Below the pieces are notes generated by a model. The model did not search any database. It had not been told where the DNA came from and saw nothing but the letters and a program-made list of their open reading frames with translations. Shown piece by piece: positions 39,118 through 50,817 of a DNA stretch of 64,000 nucleotides. This stretch comes from an uncultured Acidimicrobiia bacterium. GTDB taxonomy: Bacteria > Actinomycetota > Acidimicrobiia > Acidimicrobiales > AC-14. The DNA lies in assembly GCA_963836205.1 (NCBI GenBank), contig CAWIIV010000006.1, forward strand, positions 192,001-256,000. Direction: 5' to 3'. The position numbers and the translations under genes are program-made. How positions within the stretch are numbered: the first letter of the stretch is position 1; every line of letters begins with the position of its first letter.

Positions 39118-40860
39118 TCAGTGACCCCCTGGGCCGAATTCGGGGCCCAGGATGATGTCGTCGTTCGACGTCCCGGCCGCGACCATCGGGTACACCTTCT
39201 CGTCGGAGTCGCAGCGGAAGTCGATCACCACCGGCCGGTCGTCGATCGAGTTGGCCTTCTCGATCGTCGCCACCACGTCGTCGGGATGTTCCACCCGGAA
39301 GGCGATGCAGCCCATGGCCTCGGCCCACATCTTGTAGTCGGGGAGGTCGGGCGACAGGTAGACCTCGCTGTAGCGCTCCTCGTAGAACAGCTCCTGCCAC
39401 TGTCGGACCATGCCCAGGTAGGCGTTGTTGAGGATGGCGACCTTGATGGGGATGCGCTCGGCCGAGGCCGTGACCAGCTCCTGGGCCGTCATCTGGAAGC
39501 AGCCGTCGCCGTCGATGGCCCACACCGTGCGCCCGGGCATGCCCACCTTGGCCCCCACCGCAGCCGGCACCGCGAAGCCCATGGTGCCGAGGCCGCCCGA
39601 GTTCACCCACGTGTAGGGGTGGTCGAACTTCCACAGCTGGCTCGACCACATCTGGTGCTGGCCGACGCCGGACACGACGATGGTGTCGTCGGGCGAGTTG
39701 GCGCACAGCGACTCGACGCAGAACTGGGGCTTGAGCTTGTCGCCCTCCTCCCAGCCCTGCTCGTAGCGCAGGGGGTACGTCTCCCGCCAGGAGCGGAGGG
39801 TGTCGTTCCACTCGGTGCGGTCGGGCTGGGCCTCGGCCCCGCCCAGGTCGCGCACGGCCCGGATCAGCTCCTCGATGACCAGCCGACAGTCGCCCACGAT
39901 GGGGACGTCGGGCCGGCGGACCTTGCCCAGCTCGGCGGGGTCGATGTCGACGTGGATGATCTTGGCGTCGGGGGCGAAGGCGGACACCTTGCCCGTGACC
40001 CGGTCGTCGAACCTCGAACCCAGGGCGATGAGCAGGTCGGCCTTCTGCATCGACGTGACGGCCGTGTAGTTGCCGTGCATGCCGGGCATGCCCAGGCACA
40101 GGGGGTGGGAGTCAGGGAACGCGCCCCGGGCCATGAGGGTGGTGACGACGTGGATCCCGGTGAGCTCGGCCAGCTCCCGCAGGGCCTCGGCGGCCCGGGC
40201 CTTGAGGATGCCGCCGCCGGCGTAGATGACAGGCCGGCGGGACTCGCCGATGAGGCGGGCCGCCTCCCGGATCATCTTGGGGTGGCCCTTGGTGGTGGGC
40301 TTGTAGCCGGGCAGGTCGATGGAGTCGGGCCAGTACCACTCCATGGCCGAGTTGGGGTGACGGGGGTCGACGATGTCCTTGGGGATGTCGACCAGCACCG
40401 GGCCGGGACGGCCGGTGGTGGCGATGTGGAAGGCCTCGTGGATGACCCGGGGGATGTCCTGGGCCGACGTGATCAGCTCGTTGTGCTTGGTGACCGACCG
40501 GGTGATCCCGATGGTGTCGCACTCCTGGAAGGCGTCGGTGCCGATGGCCATCGAGGGCACCTGGCCGGTGATGACGACGATCGGGATCGAGTCCATCAGG
40601 GCGTCGGCGAGGGGGGTGACGATGTTGGTGGCCCCCGGCCCGCTGGTGACCATGGCCACGCCCGGGCGCCCGGTGGCGTGGGCATAGCCCTCGGCCATGT
40701 GCCCCGCGCCCTGCTCGTGGCGGACGAGGATGTGACGGATGGGCGAGTCGATGATGGGGTCGTACACGGGCAGGATGGCCCCGCCCGGGAGGCCGAACAT
40801 GACCTCCACCCCTTCCATCTCCAGGCTCTTGATGAGGGCTTGCCCCCCGTTCAGCTTCAT
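39118..40860 (-). CDS. ilvB: Acetolactate synthase large subunit
   Basis: [42 protein letters not shown]. Confidence 0.97.
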   Translation of the reverse strand: MKLNGGQALIKSLEMEGVEVMFGLPGGAILPVYDPIIDSPIRHILVRHEQGAGHMAEGYAHATGRPGVAMVTSGPGATNIVTPLADALMDSIPIVVITGQVPSMAIGTDAFQECDTIGITRSVTKHNELITSAQDIPRVIHEAFHIATTGRPGPVLVDIPKDIVDPRHPNSAMEWYWPDSIDLPGYKPTTKGHPKMIREAARLIGESRRPVIYAGGGILKARAAEALRELAELTGIHVVTTLMARGAFPDSHPLCLGMPGMHGNYTAVTSMQKADLLIALGSRFDDRVTGKVSAFAPDAKIIHVDIDPAELGKVRRPDVPIVGDCRLVIEELIRAVRDLGGAEAQPDRTEWNDTLRSWRETYPLRYEQGWEEGDKLKPQFCVESLCANSPDDTIVVSGVGQHQMWSSQLWKFDHPYTWVNSGGLGTMGFAVPAAVGAKVGMPGRTVWAIDGDGCFQMTAQELVTASAERIPIKVAILNNAYLGMVRQWQELFYEERYSEVYLSPDLPDYKMWAEAMGCIAFRVEHPDDVVATIEKANSIDDRPVVIDFRCDSDEKVYPMVAAGTSNDDIILGPEFGPGGH

Positions 40861-40887
40861 GGTCCGCTCCCGATAAATGTGGCTGAC

Positions 40888-40917
40888 AAAGAAAACGACC
40901 CCCCGTCTGGGAGGCCG
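40888..40917 (-). terminator. Attenuator terminator upstream of ilvB
   Basis: CGGCCTCCC-AGAC-GGGGGGTCG followed by TTTTCTTT. Confidence 0.8.
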
Positions 40918-40947
40918 TGAGGCGCACGCGCGAGGTGACGGCGTGCG

Positions 40948-40983
40948 CTAATCGATACGTACGAGTCCGGTGGAGGAGATCAT
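40948..40983 (-). CDS. ilv leader peptide MISSTGLVRID
   Basis: Short ORF with Ile/Leu/Val codons after -10 TACACT (40997-40992), followed by a hairpin and the terminator. Confidence 0.7.
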   Translation of the reverse strand: MISSTGLVRID

Positions 40984-41083
40984 CCGCCCGGAGTGTAGGC
41001 GGGCCGGGCGCCGGCCTGCAACACAACATAAGAGGCCGACCGGCGAACCGGTCGGCCTCTCCAGAGATGTCAGCGGACGGTGG

Positions 41084-42460
41084 CTACCAGCGGACGACGG
41101 TGTCCCACTCGGTGGAGGACACGCCGCCGATGACCCGGACCGGCGACAGCCGGCGGCGGGCGGTGATCAGCAGGCCCATCCCCGCCAGCACCAGGGCGGT
41201 GGCGACCAGGGCCAGGCCGGACTCGAAGCCGGTGCGGGCCAGGGTGCCGGTCTGCACCGCGGGGGTGACGACGATCGGCGTGGGGATCGACGGGACCACG
41301 ATCGGGCCACCGGTGATCGGGTTGCGGATGAAGGGCTGGTTGCCGCTTCCGCCGCCACCGCCGGTGGGAACCTCACCGCAGAACTGGTTGACGGTGGTGC
41401 TCGACTGGTTGCCGGAGGCGTTGGCGGCCCCGGTGTTGATGGTGGCGGTGCCGGTGGAGTTGTTGGTGGGGCTGCCCAGGTTGACGTTGAGGCCGATGAG
41501 GCCGCCGGAAGCCGTCTGGTTGATCGTCTGGGTGTTGGTGGAGTTGTTGCCGATGGCGGTGTTGTTGCCGCTGGAGGCGACCGCGTTGCCCGAGTTGTCG
41601 ACGGAGGCGCTCTGCCCGCTGGGGCTGTTGAGGAACGGGTTGAACGGGAAGAACCGGCCGCTACAGGGGTCGAAGGAGCTTCCGAAGCCGCTCACCGTGC
41701 CCGGGAAGGTGCCGGGGAGGAACGGGGTGGCGTTGATGAACCCGGCGGGAGCGCCGCCGGCCCCGCTGCCGAACCCACCGCTGCCGAACCCGCCGTTGTT
41801 GGCGACCTTGGCCTGGTTGACGCCGTTGGTGGCCGTGTTGCCCACCGCGTTGGCCGGCCCGGTGGTGATGGCGGCGGTGCCGGTGGAGGTGTTGACCGGA
41901 GCGCCCAGGGCGACGACGGCGTCGACTGCGCCTTCACCGTCGGGTCCGCCGATGGAGTTGGTGGAGTTGTTGCCGGTGGCGGTGTTGCTGCCGGTGGTGG
42001 CCGCGGCCAGGCCGTCGTTGTTGACGGTGGCCGACTGGTTGCTCGGCGTGCCCCCGCCGAAGGGGCTGAAGGGCGTGAAGGTGGGGGTGCCCGAGCCGGT
42101 GGTGGCCTGGTTGACACCCGTCTGCGACTCGTTGCCGCTGGCGTTGGCCGCGCCGGTGTTGATGGTGGCGGTGCCGGTGGAGGTGTTGGTGGGTGAGCCG
42201 AGGCCGACGTCGGCGTCGACCAGGCCGCCGGTGGTGGCGCCCGGGCTCCCGATGGAGTTGGTGGACGCGTTGCCGGTGGCGGTGTTGTTGCCCGAACTGG
42301 CGATGCCCGAGCCGCTGTTCCCGATGCTGACGCTGGCCAGCTGGCCGATGGCCAGGGGAGCGCGCGCCACGCTGAAGAGCGCCAAACCAGAGACAACCGC
42401 GAGCGAGCCCGCGATCGTTCGCGTCCTCCCCCGGTTCCCCAACCTCTGGACGTGCCTCAT
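41084..42460 (-). CDS. Secreted Asn/Gly/Thr-repeat surface protein with LARTG sorting-like motif
   Basis: Signal peptide, three ~70-aa repeats, LARTG + TM + RRR. Confidence 0.8.
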   Translation of the reverse strand: MRHVQRLGNRGRTRTIAGSLAVVSGLALFSVARAPLAIGQLASVSIGNSGSGIASSGNNTATGNASTNSIGSPGATTGGLVDADVGLGSPTNTSTGTATINTGAANASGNESQTGVNQATTGSGTPTFTPFSPFGGGTPSNQSATVNNDGLAAATTGSNTATGNNSTNSIGGPDGEGAVDAVVALGAPVNTSTGTAAITTGPANAVGNTATNGVNQAKVANNGGFGSGGFGSGAGGAPAGFINATPFLPGTFPGTVSGFGSSFDPCSGRFFPFNPFLNSPSGQSASVDNSGNAVASSGNNTAIGNNSTNTQTINQTASGGLIGLNVNLGSPTNNSTGTATINTGAANASGNQSSTTVNQFCGEVPTGGGGGSGNQPFIRNPITGGPIVVPSIPTPIVVTPAVQTGTLARTGFESGLALVATALVLAGMGLLITARRRLSPVRVIGGVSSTEWDTVVRW

Positions 42461-42579
42461 AACGCAATCTCCCCGCTCTACGGTGGGCAGCAGTCTCTCC
42501 CACGGGAGTCTACAGAAGCAAGCTTCTCCCCCGCTGCACGACGTTAACCTCGGGCCACTTCCGGTCCTCGGAGGCCGGA

Positions 42580-44250
42580 TCAGGGCTCGGTGATGGCCCC
42601 CCGCTCGGCCCCGGTGACGAGGCGGGCGTACTTGGCCAGGACCCCCGTGGTGTACCGGGGCGGCGGCAGCTTCCAGTCCGCCTTGCGGGCGGCCAGGGTG
42701 GCGTCGTCGACCAGGAGGTCGATGGTGCGGGCGTCGGCGTCGATGACGATGCGGTCGCCGTCGGCCACCACGCAGATGGGCCCGCCGTCGACCGCCTCGG
42801 GGGCGACGTGGCCCACGCAGAATCCCCGGGTGCCGCCCGAAAAGCGGCCGTCGGTGACCAGGGCGGTGTCGGCGCCCCGGCCCGCCCCCTTGAGGGCGCC
42901 GGTGACGGCCAGCATCTCCCGCATCCCGGGTCCGCCCTTGGGCCCCTCGTAGCGGATGACGAGCACGTCGCCGGGACGGATGCGACCGGCCAGGATGTCG
43001 TCCATGGCGGCCGTCTCCCCGTCGAAGACCCGGGCCGTGCCCTCGAAGCGCATGGTGTCGATGCCCGCCACCTTGACGACCGCCCCGTTGGGGGCCAGGG
43101 AGCCCCGGAGGACGGCGATGCCGCCCTCGGCGTGGATGGGGTCGTCGAGGCGGTGGATGATGCGGCCGTCGGGCGGGGGCGGGTCGAGGGCGGCCAGGTT
43201 CTCGGCCATGGTGCGGCCGGTGACAGTAAGGCAGTCGCCGTCGAGCAGGCCCGCCTCCAGCAGGTGGCGGAGCACCATGGGGACGCCGCCCACGGCGTCG
43301 AGGTCGGTCATGTGGTACTTGCCGCCCGGGCGCAGGTCGGCGATGTGGGCCACCCGCCGCCCGATGCGGTTGAAGTCCTCCAAATCGAGCTCCACCCGGG
43401 CCTCGTTGGCGATGGCCAGCAGGTGGAGGACGGCGTTGGTGGACCCGCCCAGGGCGTTGACCACCGCGATGGCGTTCTCGAAGGCCCCCTTGGTGAGGAT
43501 CTGGCGGGGACGGATGCCGGCCTCGATCAGCGCCATCACCGCCTGGCCGCTGGCGTAGGAGTAGTCGTCGCGGCGGCGGTCGACGGCGGGGGCCGACGCC
43601 GACCCGGGCAGGCACATCCCCAGGCCCTCGGCCGCCGCGGCCATGGTGTTGGCGGTGAACATCCCCGCGCAGGAGCCGATGGTCGGGCAGGCGTTGCGCT
43701 CGATGAGGGCCAGCTCGTCGGCGGTGAGCCCGCCGGCGGAATAGGCCCCGACCGCCTCGAACACGCTCACGATGTCGAGGGCCTCGCCGTGGGCGCCCCG
43801 TCCGGGGAGGATCGTGCCTCCGTAGACGAAGACGGACGGGACGTTCAGCCGGGCGGCCGCCATGATCATGCCGGGGAGGGACTTGTCGCAGCCGGCGAAC
43901 GTCACCAACGCGTCGAAGCGCTCGGCGTGGACCATGACCTCCACCGAGTCGGCGATCACCTCCCGGCTGACCAGGGAGGCGTGCATCCCCTCGTGGCCCA
44001 TGGAGATGCCGTCGGACACGGCGATGGTGACGAACTCGATGGGGAAGCCCCCCGCCGCCCGCACGCCGGCCTTGGCCCGCTGGGCCAGCCGGGAGAGGGA
44101 CATGTTGCAGGGGGTGACCTCGTTCCAACTGGTGGCCACGCCCACCTGGGGCTTGTCCCAGTCGTCGTCGGTCATGCCGATCGCCCGCAGCATGGCCCGG
44201 GCCGGCGCCCGCTCGTACCCGCCCGTCACCTCGTGGCTTCGCAAGTCCAT
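42580..44250 (-). CDS. ilvD: Dihydroxy-acid dehydratase
   Basis: [38 protein letters not shown]. Confidence 0.97.
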   Translation of the reverse strand: MDLRSHEVTGGYERAPARAMLRAIGMTDDDWDKPQVGVATSWNEVTPCNMSLSRLAQRAKAGVRAAGGFPIEFVTIAVSDGISMGHEGMHASLVSREVIADSVEVMVHAERFDALVTFAGCDKSLPGMIMAAARLNVPSVFVYGGTILPGRGAHGEALDIVSVFEAVGAYSAGGLTADELALIERNACPTIGSCAGMFTANTMAAAAEGLGMCLPGSASAPAVDRRRDDYSYASGQAVMALIEAGIRPRQILTKGAFENAIAVVNALGGSTNAVLHLLAIANEARVELDLEDFNRIGRRVAHIADLRPGGKYHMTDLDAVGGVPMVLRHLLEAGLLDGDCLTVTGRTMAENLAALDPPPPDGRIIHRLDDPIHAEGGIAVLRGSLAPNGAVVKVAGIDTMRFEGTARVFDGETAAMDDILAGRIRPGDVLVIRYEGPKGGPGMREMLAVTGALKGAGRGADTALVTDGRFSGGTRGFCVGHVAPEAVDGGPICVVADGDRIVIDADARTIDLLVDDATLAARKADWKLPPPRYTTGVLAKYARLVTGAERGAITEP

Positions 44251-44304
44251 GGGGATGATCGTGGCACAGGTAGCCCGACCACGAGCCCTAGAATCGTGAC
44301 CGGC

Positions 44305-45624
44305 GTGGACCGGGAAAATGGGGACCTCCGACAGCGGCTGGCCGACGAGCTCGAGGCGGTGCGGCAGCGGTCCCTCGACCTGTTGTCCCCCCTCGACGAC
44401 GATGCCCTCTTCCGCCAGCACTCGCCCCTGATGTCGCCCCTGGTGTGGGACCTGGCCCACGTCGGCAACTACGAGGAGCTGTGGCTGCTGCGGGAGGTGG
44501 CCGGGGCCGCACCCATCGACGCCGCCCTCGACGACGTCTACGACGCCTTCCGCCACCCCCGCGCCGGGCGTCCCTCGCTGCCCCTGCTGGGGCCGGCCGA
44601 GTCCCGCCGCTACCTGCTCGACGTGCGGGGACGGGCCCTCGACGCCCTGGAGCGGGCCGTCCTCGACGACGACGGTGGCGGCCGCCCGCTGCTGGCCGGC
44701 GGGTTCGTGTACGGGATGGTCGTCCAGCACGAGCACCAGCACGACGAGACCATGCTGGCCACCCTCCAGCTCATGGCCGGAGACGGCTACCGGCCGCTGG
44801 CCCCGTCCCCGCCGGGGGCTGCCGATCCCCCGCCGTCGGGCGAGGTCTTCGTCCCCGGGGGGCCGTTCGTGATGGGCACCGACGCCGACCCGTTCGCCTA
44901 CGACAACGAACGCCCGGCCCACGTGGTCGACCTGCCCGCCTTCCGCATCGACGCCGGGCCGGTCACCAACGGCCGCTTCCTGGAGTTCGTCCTCGAAGGG
45001 GGGTACGGCCGGCCCGAGCTGTGGGAGGCCGAGGGGTGGGCGTGGCGGGAGGAGAACGACGTCGGCCACCCGCAGTTCTGGGTCCCCGAGGGCCGCGACT
45101 GGTCCCGGGTGCGGTTCGGGTTCCACGAGGACCTGCCCCTCGACGAGCCGGTGCAGCACGTGTGCTGGTACGAGGCCGACGCCTTCGCCCGGTGGGCGGG
45201 CAAGCGGCTGCCTACCGAGGAGGAGTGGGAGAAGGCGGCCTCGTGGACGCCGGAAGGAGTGAAGCGCCGGTACCCGTGGGGCGACCAGGCGCCGACGGCG
45301 GGCGGCGGCCCGGCCAACCTGGGCGGCGGCCTCTACCGGCCGGCCCCGGTGGGGGCCTACCCCGACGGGGCCAGCGCCTACGGCTGCCACCAGATGGTGG
45401 GCGACGTCTGGGAGTGGACGGCCAGCGACTTCGAGCCCTACCCCGGCTTCGCCTCCTTCCCCTACCGGGAGTACTCCGAGGTCTTCTTCGGACCGTCCTA
45501 CAAGGTGCTGCGGGGCGGGTCGTGGGCCACCTCCCCGGCGGCGGTGCGAAACACGTTCCGCAACTGGGACTACCCCATCCGCCGCCAGATCTTCAGCGGG
45601 TTCCGCTGCGCCCGCCCCGCCTGA
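44305..45624 (+). CDS. egtB: Ergothioneine sulfoxide synthase
   Basis: [25 protein letters not shown]-sulfatase domain, [11 protein letters not shown]. Confidence 0.93.
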   Translation: MDRENGDLRQRLADELEAVRQRSLDLLSPLDDDALFRQHSPLMSPLVWDLAHVGNYEELWLLREVAGAAPIDAALDDVYDAFRHPRAGRPSLPLLGPAESRRYLLDVRGRALDALERAVLDDDGGGRPLLAGGFVYGMVVQHEHQHDETMLATLQLMAGDGYRPLAPSPPGAADPPPSGEVFVPGGPFVMGTDADPFAYDNERPAHVVDLPAFRIDAGPVTNGRFLEFVLEGGYGRPELWEAEGWAWREENDVGHPQFWVPEGRDWSRVRFGFHEDLPLDEPVQHVCWYEADAFARWAGKRLPTEEEWEKAASWTPEGVKRRYPWGDQAPTAGGGPANLGGGLYRPAPVGAYPDGASAYGCHQMVGDVWEWTASDFEPYPGFASFPYREYSEVFFGPSYKVLRGGSWATSPAAVRNTFRNWDYPIRRQIFSGFRCARPA

Positions 45625-45642
45625 TCGATCCCGCGTAACCCG

Positions 45643-46389
45643 ATGTGCCGCTTCCTCTGTTACCTCGGCCCGCCCGTCACCCTGGCGTCGGTCGTGCTCG
45701 ATCCGCCCCATTGCCTGAAACGGCAGGCGTGGGCACCGAGACACCAGCGGGTGGGGAAGATCAACGCCGACGGGTTCGGGGTGGGGTGGTACGACTTCGG
45801 GCGGCGGCCGGAGCCGGCCCGGTACCGCACCGCCCGTCCCATCTGGGCCGACCGTTCCTTCGAGAGCGTGGCCGGGCTGGTGACGGCCCCCGCCATGGTG
45901 GCGGCGGTGCGCGACGCCACTCCCCCGTCCCCGGTGGAGGAGACGGGCGCCCAACCGTTCATGTCCGGACCGTGGCTGTTCGCCCACAACGGCAAGGTCG
46001 AGGGCTGGGGGATCGATCCGGCGGTGAAGACCGGGCTGCGGCGGCCCCTGTCCGACCTCCGGGCGGCCGCCATCGAGGGGGGCGCCGACTCCGAGATCCT
46101 CTTCGCCCTCGCCCTCGACCGCCTCGACGACGGGGCCACGCCCGCCGAGGCCCTGGCCGCGGTCGTCGCCACCGCCACCGCGGTCGCGCCGGCCCGGCTC
46201 AACCTGCTCCTCACCGACGGCCACCAGGTGACGGCCACCGCCCGGGGCGACTCCCTCTTCGTCCTCGAACGGGTCGACGCGGTCGTGGTCGCGTCCGAGC
46301 CCTACGACGACGACCCCGCCTGGTGCCGGGTCCCCGAGGGGTCGATGGTGCAAGCCCGGCCGGGATGGGTATCGACGGTCCCGTTGTGA
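45643..46389 (+). CDS. egtC: Ergothioneine biosynthesis Ntn amidohydrolase
   Basis: N-terminal Cys (MCRFL), [24 protein letters not shown]. Confidence 0.92.
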   Translation: MCRFLCYLGPPVTLASVVLDPPHCLKRQAWAPRHQRVGKINADGFGVGWYDFGRRPEPARYRTARPIWADRSFESVAGLVTAPAMVAAVRDATPPSPVEETGAQPFMSGPWLFAHNGKVEGWGIDPAVKTGLRRPLSDLRAAAIEGGADSEILFALALDRLDDGATPAEALAAVVATATAVAPARLNLLLTDGHQVTATARGDSLFVLERVDAVVVASEPYDDDPAWCRVPEGSMVQARPGWVSTVPL

Positions 46390-47381
46390 CGAGTCCCGCG
46401 CCCGAGCCCCGCTTCGACGTCCACCTCGCCCCCGGCGCCATGCGGGCCGCGCTGCGGGCCGACGTGGCCGAGGGGCTGACGTCGACCCCCAAGCAGCTCC
46501 CTCCCAAGTGGTTCTACGACGACGTGGGCTCGCAGCTCTTCGACGAGATCACCCGTCTCCCCGAGTACTACCCGACCCGGCGGGAGCGGTGGATCCTCGA
46601 GCACCACGCGGCCGACATCGCCCGGCTCAGCGGGGCCGACACCCTGGTCGAGCTGGGCTCGGGCACGTCGGAGAAGACCCGGCTGCTCCTCGACGCCTTC
46701 GTGGCCCGTTCCGACGTCAGCGGGCGGTTCCGGCGCTTCGTGCCCTTCGACGTGAGCGAGACCACCCTGCGGGACGCGGCCGCGGCGGTGGCGGTCGAGT
46801 ACCCGACGGTGCAGGTCCACGGGGTGGTGGGCGACTTCGAGCACCACCTGGGCCTGCTGCCCGGCGGGGGGCGGCGGCTGGTGGCCTTCCTGGGCGGCAC
46901 CATCGGCAACCTCGACCCCAAGCAGCGGTCCCAGTTCCTGGCCGACCTGTCCGCCGGCCTGGCCCCGGGCGACGGCCTGCTCCTCGGCACCGACCTGGTG
47001 AAGGACGTCGACCGCCTGGTGGCCGCCTACGACGACGCCGCCGGGGTGACCGCCGACTTCAACCGCAATGTCCTCGCCGTCGTGAACCGCGAGCTCGGCG
47101 CCGATTTCCAACCCGACCGCTTCGCCCACGTCGCCCTCTTCGACACCGAGCAGGAGTGGATCGAGATGAGGCTGCGGTCGGAGGTCGACCAGCAGGTGGC
47201 GGTCGCCGACCTCGACCTGGTGGTCGACTTCGAGGCGGGCGAGGAGATGCGCACCGAGATCAGCGCCAAGTTCCGCCGCCCGGGCGTGGAGGCGGAGCTG
47301 GCCGACGCCGGCCTCGCCCTCGCCCGGTGGTGGACCGACCCCGCCGGCGACTTCGCCCTGTCGCTCTCCTTCAAGGAGTAA
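46386..47381 (+). CDS. egtD: Histidine N-alpha trimethyltransferase
   Basis: [37 protein letters not shown]. Confidence 0.95.
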   Translation: MTSPAPEPRFDVHLAPGAMRAALRADVAEGLTSTPKQLPPKWFYDDVGSQLFDEITRLPEYYPTRRERWILEHHAADIARLSGADTLVELGSGTSEKTRLLLDAFVARSDVSGRFRRFVPFDVSETTLRDAAAAVAVEYPTVQVHGVVGDFEHHLGLLPGGGRRLVAFLGGTIGNLDPKQRSQFLADLSAGLAPGDGLLLGTDLVKDVDRLVAAYDDAAGVTADFNRNVLAVVNRELGADFQPDRFAHVALFDTEQEWIEMRLRSEVDQQVAVADLDLVVDFEAGEEMRTEISAKFRRPGVEAELADAGLALARWWTDPAGDFALSLSFKE

Positions 47382-47384
47382 GCA

Positions 47385-47415
47385 AGAAGCCCGGTCCGCT
47401 GGGGACCGGGCTTCT
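47385..47415. terminator. Bidirectional terminator hairpin
   Basis: AGAAGCCCGGTCC...GGACCGGGCTTCT between convergent genes. Confidence 0.75.
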
Positions 47416-47441
47416 CGTCGTTCTCGGGTGCGGGGGACGGG

Positions 47442-48861
47442 CTAGCCGCCACCGCCCGGGTCGGGCTCAGGCTCGGGTGCGCCGCCACTGCCACCGCCGT
47501 CGTCGAAGGCGGACAGCGCCTCGGCGGTGGCGGGGTCGAGCGGGCTGAGCACGCTGCGGTTGTAGGTGACCGCGGGCGGCGTCGCCAGCGGGCGGAACTC
47601 GGGCGCCACCGGCGGGGCGGTGGGCTCAGGGGCGGCGTATGCGACCGGCGTGAAGGTGTGCTCGGTGCGGCGGACCACCGCGCCCAGGGCGATGGCCAGC
47701 AGGGCCAGGCCGACGAGCGGCGCCAGGTTGGAGCCGGTGCGGGCCAGCGGAGGTGTGACGACGGTGGGCGGCCGGGTGGTGCTGGTGGTCGTGGTGGCCA
47801 GCGTGCTGCCGGCCGGAGGCACCGTGACGACCGGGGCCACCGTCGTGCTGGTGGTGGTGGTGGCCGCGGGAGCGATGGTGGTGGTCGTCGTGGCCGGGGC
47901 GGCCGTGGTGGTGACCGCCACCGTCGTGGTCGTCGTGGCCGGCGCCGTCGTGGTGGTCGTGGTGGCCGGCGCCGTGGTCGTCGTGGTCGTCGCGCCGGGG
48001 ATCGTGGTGGTGGTGGTGGTCGTCGTCGTCGGCGCGACCGTCGTGGTGGTCGTGGTCGTCGGCGGCACCGTGGTGGTGGTCGTGGTCGGCGGCACCGTGG
48101 TGGTGGTGGTCGTGGTCGGCGGCGCGGTGGTGGTGGTCGTGGTGGTGGTCGGAGCCACGTTCACGTCGGGGCCGGTGGCGGCGCAGTTGGACTCGGCCAG
48201 GATGATCTCGACCACGCCGAGGAGCGAGCCCAGGCCGGGCAGCACGGTGATGTGGGCGCCACGCACCTGGATGCTGGTGCTGCCGATGGCGTTGGAGATC
48301 GTCTGCTCGTTGAGGGTGACCTCGAGGATGCCGGGCAGGACGATGGAGGTGTTGGCTGCCGGGGAGCCGAGGAGCGGGTTGCCGCCCAGGACGCCGCCGA
48401 CGATCTCGGTGAAGCCGCTGGAGCCGTTGCCGTTCGAGGTGCACTGCGTCTCGATGGCGTCGATGGCGAGCGAGCCCAGGCCGACCACGACGTCGGCCAC
48501 GCTGGCCCGGCTGTGGGCGAAGCCCAGGTGGCCCGCGGGGTCACCCGCGGCGACGCCACCGCCGTCGGTGGAGCCGGTGAGCACGCCGAGGCTCAACAGG
48601 CCGGGGATGCTGAGGGGCACCGCCGCCTGGGTGGTGGGGCCGTAGCTGTCGACCGGCTCGGTGGCCGAGCCGGATCACCAGCGGCGTCGGCGCGATCAGC
48701 GAGCCGAGGAGGCCCGAGTTGACGGATGCTCCGAAGGCGCTACCGGAGACGGAGTCGACATCGGCCTGGGCCGATGGTGCGACCGCGGCCAAGATGATGG
48801 CGACGATCGGAATTCCGGCGATTGCGGCCGCTCGGAACCTTGAGGTTCCCCCTGCGCTCAT
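47442..48861 (-). CDS. Secreted choice-of-anchor-P-like protein with Thr-rich stalk and LARTG motif (frameshift near 48675)
   Basis: Signal peptide, VTLNEQ..GAHITV..IILAESNC, poly-Thr, LARTG + TM. Confidence 0.75.
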
Positions 48862-49032
48862 CTCAGCACTCCTTCGGTGATCTGGCGCTCCCCACCCCGC
48901 ACCGCCTTGGCGAGTTCAAGACGACGAACGGGCGAACCTTAGTCGACGGGTTGCGAGGTTACGAGTTTGCTGACAAGAAACCCGAAAGGCCCGACTTCCA
49001 AACGGAAGCCGGGCCCCTCGTTGCGAAAACGC

Positions 49033-50281
49033 TTACGGACGTTGGTCACCGTCGTCGTCGAACGCCGACAGGGCGTCTCGGGCGGCGGCGTCGAGCGGGT
49101 TGCGCCGCACCCGTCTGCGGGCGGCGGAGGGCCGGGCCTCGACCGGGTGGAACTGGACCGGCGCCGGCGGGCCTGACGGGACCGAGGGCGACTGCGTGGC
49201 CGGCAGGAAGCCGTCACTGCCCCGGCGGACGATCACACCCAGGGCGATGGCCAGGAAGCCGATCGCAACCATGGGCATGGAGCTGGTGCCGGTGCGGGCC
49301 AGCGGCGGCGGCGTGGTGACCGGGGGGCTGGTGGTGGACGTGGTGGTGGTGGGCGGCAGGGTGCTGCCGGCCGGCGGCACCGTGACGACCGGAGCGATGG
49401 TGGTGGTCGTGGTGGTGGTGGCCGCCGGGGCGACCGTCGTGGTGGTGGTGGCCGGCGCCGTGGTCGTGGTGGTGGTGGCCCCGACGGCGGTCGTGGTGGT
49501 GGTGGCGGGAACCGTCGTCGTCGTCGGTGGTGGTGGTGGTGGGGGCCGTGGTGGTGGTGGTCGAGGTGGTCGGGACCACGTTGACGTCGGGCCCGGTGGC
49601 GGCGCAGTTGGACTCGGCCAGGACGATCTCGACCACGCCCAGGAGCGAGCCCAGGCCGGGCAGCACGGTGATGTGGGCGCCCCGGACCTGGATGCTGGTG
49701 CTCCCGATCGAGTTCTGGATCGTCTGCTCGTTGAGGGTGACCTCGAGGATGCCGGGGAGGGTGAGGCTGGTGTTGGGCAACGGCGAGGTGATCAACGGGT
49801 TGCCGCCGAGGACTCCCCCGACGAGCTCGGTGAAGCCGGTGGAGCCGGTGCCGTCGGAGCGGCACTGGGTCTCGAGGGCGTCGATGCTGATGGCGCCGAG
49901 GGCCACGACCACGTCGGCAACGCTGGCGCGGGCGGCCGCGAACCCGAAGTGGCCGGCTGGTTCGTCGGCGGCGACGTCGCCACCCTCGACCCGGGCGTTG
50001 AGGACGCCGACGCTGAGCAGGCCGATGACGTTGACCGGGACCGACGACTGGGAGGTGGGGCCGAAGCTGTTGACGGGTTCGGTGGCGGTGCCGGAGGTGA
50101 GCGGGGTCGGCGCGATGACTGCGCCCAGCAGCGACGACTGGAGCGTGGCGCCGTAGGCGCTGGCGTTGACCGAGTCGACGTCGGCCGTCGCCGATGGGGC
50201 GAGCATGGCCAAGAGGATCGCCGCGATCGGGATGCCCGCGATGACGGCAGCCCGAATCCTCGACGTTCGAGAATCGATCAT
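49033..50281 (-). CDS. Tandem paralog of the preceding surface protein (frameshift near 49525)
   Basis: Same domain, poly-Thr stalk and LARTG + TM; near-identical segments. Confidence 0.75.
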
Positions 50282-50416
50282 CCCCCCGGACTCCTTTGGT
50301 CGTCCCTGCCCTGCCGCCGTATCCCACCCACACCTGCTCCGCTCAAGCAGACGGCGTAACCTAGCCCGAGGATCGAGCCCGACGCCAGTACTGTCGCGAG
50401 AAGGTTTTGTGAACGC

Positions 50417-50794
50417 TCAGCGGGCTTCTCGCTGCTCTACGTGGTAATTCCAAAGCTCGCTACCGGTGGCGACAGGCCCACCCTGGGTGGTCGGCGGCCC
50501 GCCCGGAGAGCCGGCGGGCGGCCCCGCTGTTCCACCACCAGGTGCCCCGCCGCCGCCCGGGCTCCCGTGGGCCTGGCCGAACGCCTGGGACGCCATCCAC
50601 GCCTGGAACGACTCCTCGTCCCGCCACCGGGTGTAGACGAGCCACGTGGTCCGGTCGTCGGTCGGGCGCAGGAGCTGGAACTCCTCGAACCCCTCGGACT
50701 TGCCCACCTGGCCGGCACGGGCCGCGAACCGCGCCGCCAGCTGGTCGGCCCGCTCCGCCGGCACGGTGATGGCATTGATCTTCACGACGCTCAT
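50417..50794 (-). CDS. mhuD: MhuD-like heme-degrading / ABM monooxygenase
   Basis: MSVVKINAITVP, FQLLRP, VYTRW. Confidence 0.75.
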   Translation of the reverse strand: MSVVKINAITVPAERADQLAARFAARAGQVGKSEGFEEFQLLRPTDDRTTWLVYTRWRDEESFQAWMASQAFGQAHGSPGGGGAPGGGTAGPPAGSPGGPPTTQGGPVATGSELWNYHVEQREAR

Positions 50795-50817
50795 GGCGCC
50801 GAACCCTAGGCCCCCCT

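Noticed and set aside
47860-48150. GTG/GTC trinucleotide repeats as a regulatory array
   Set aside because: Explained by the poly-Thr stalk on the minus strand; the same applies at 49390-49560.
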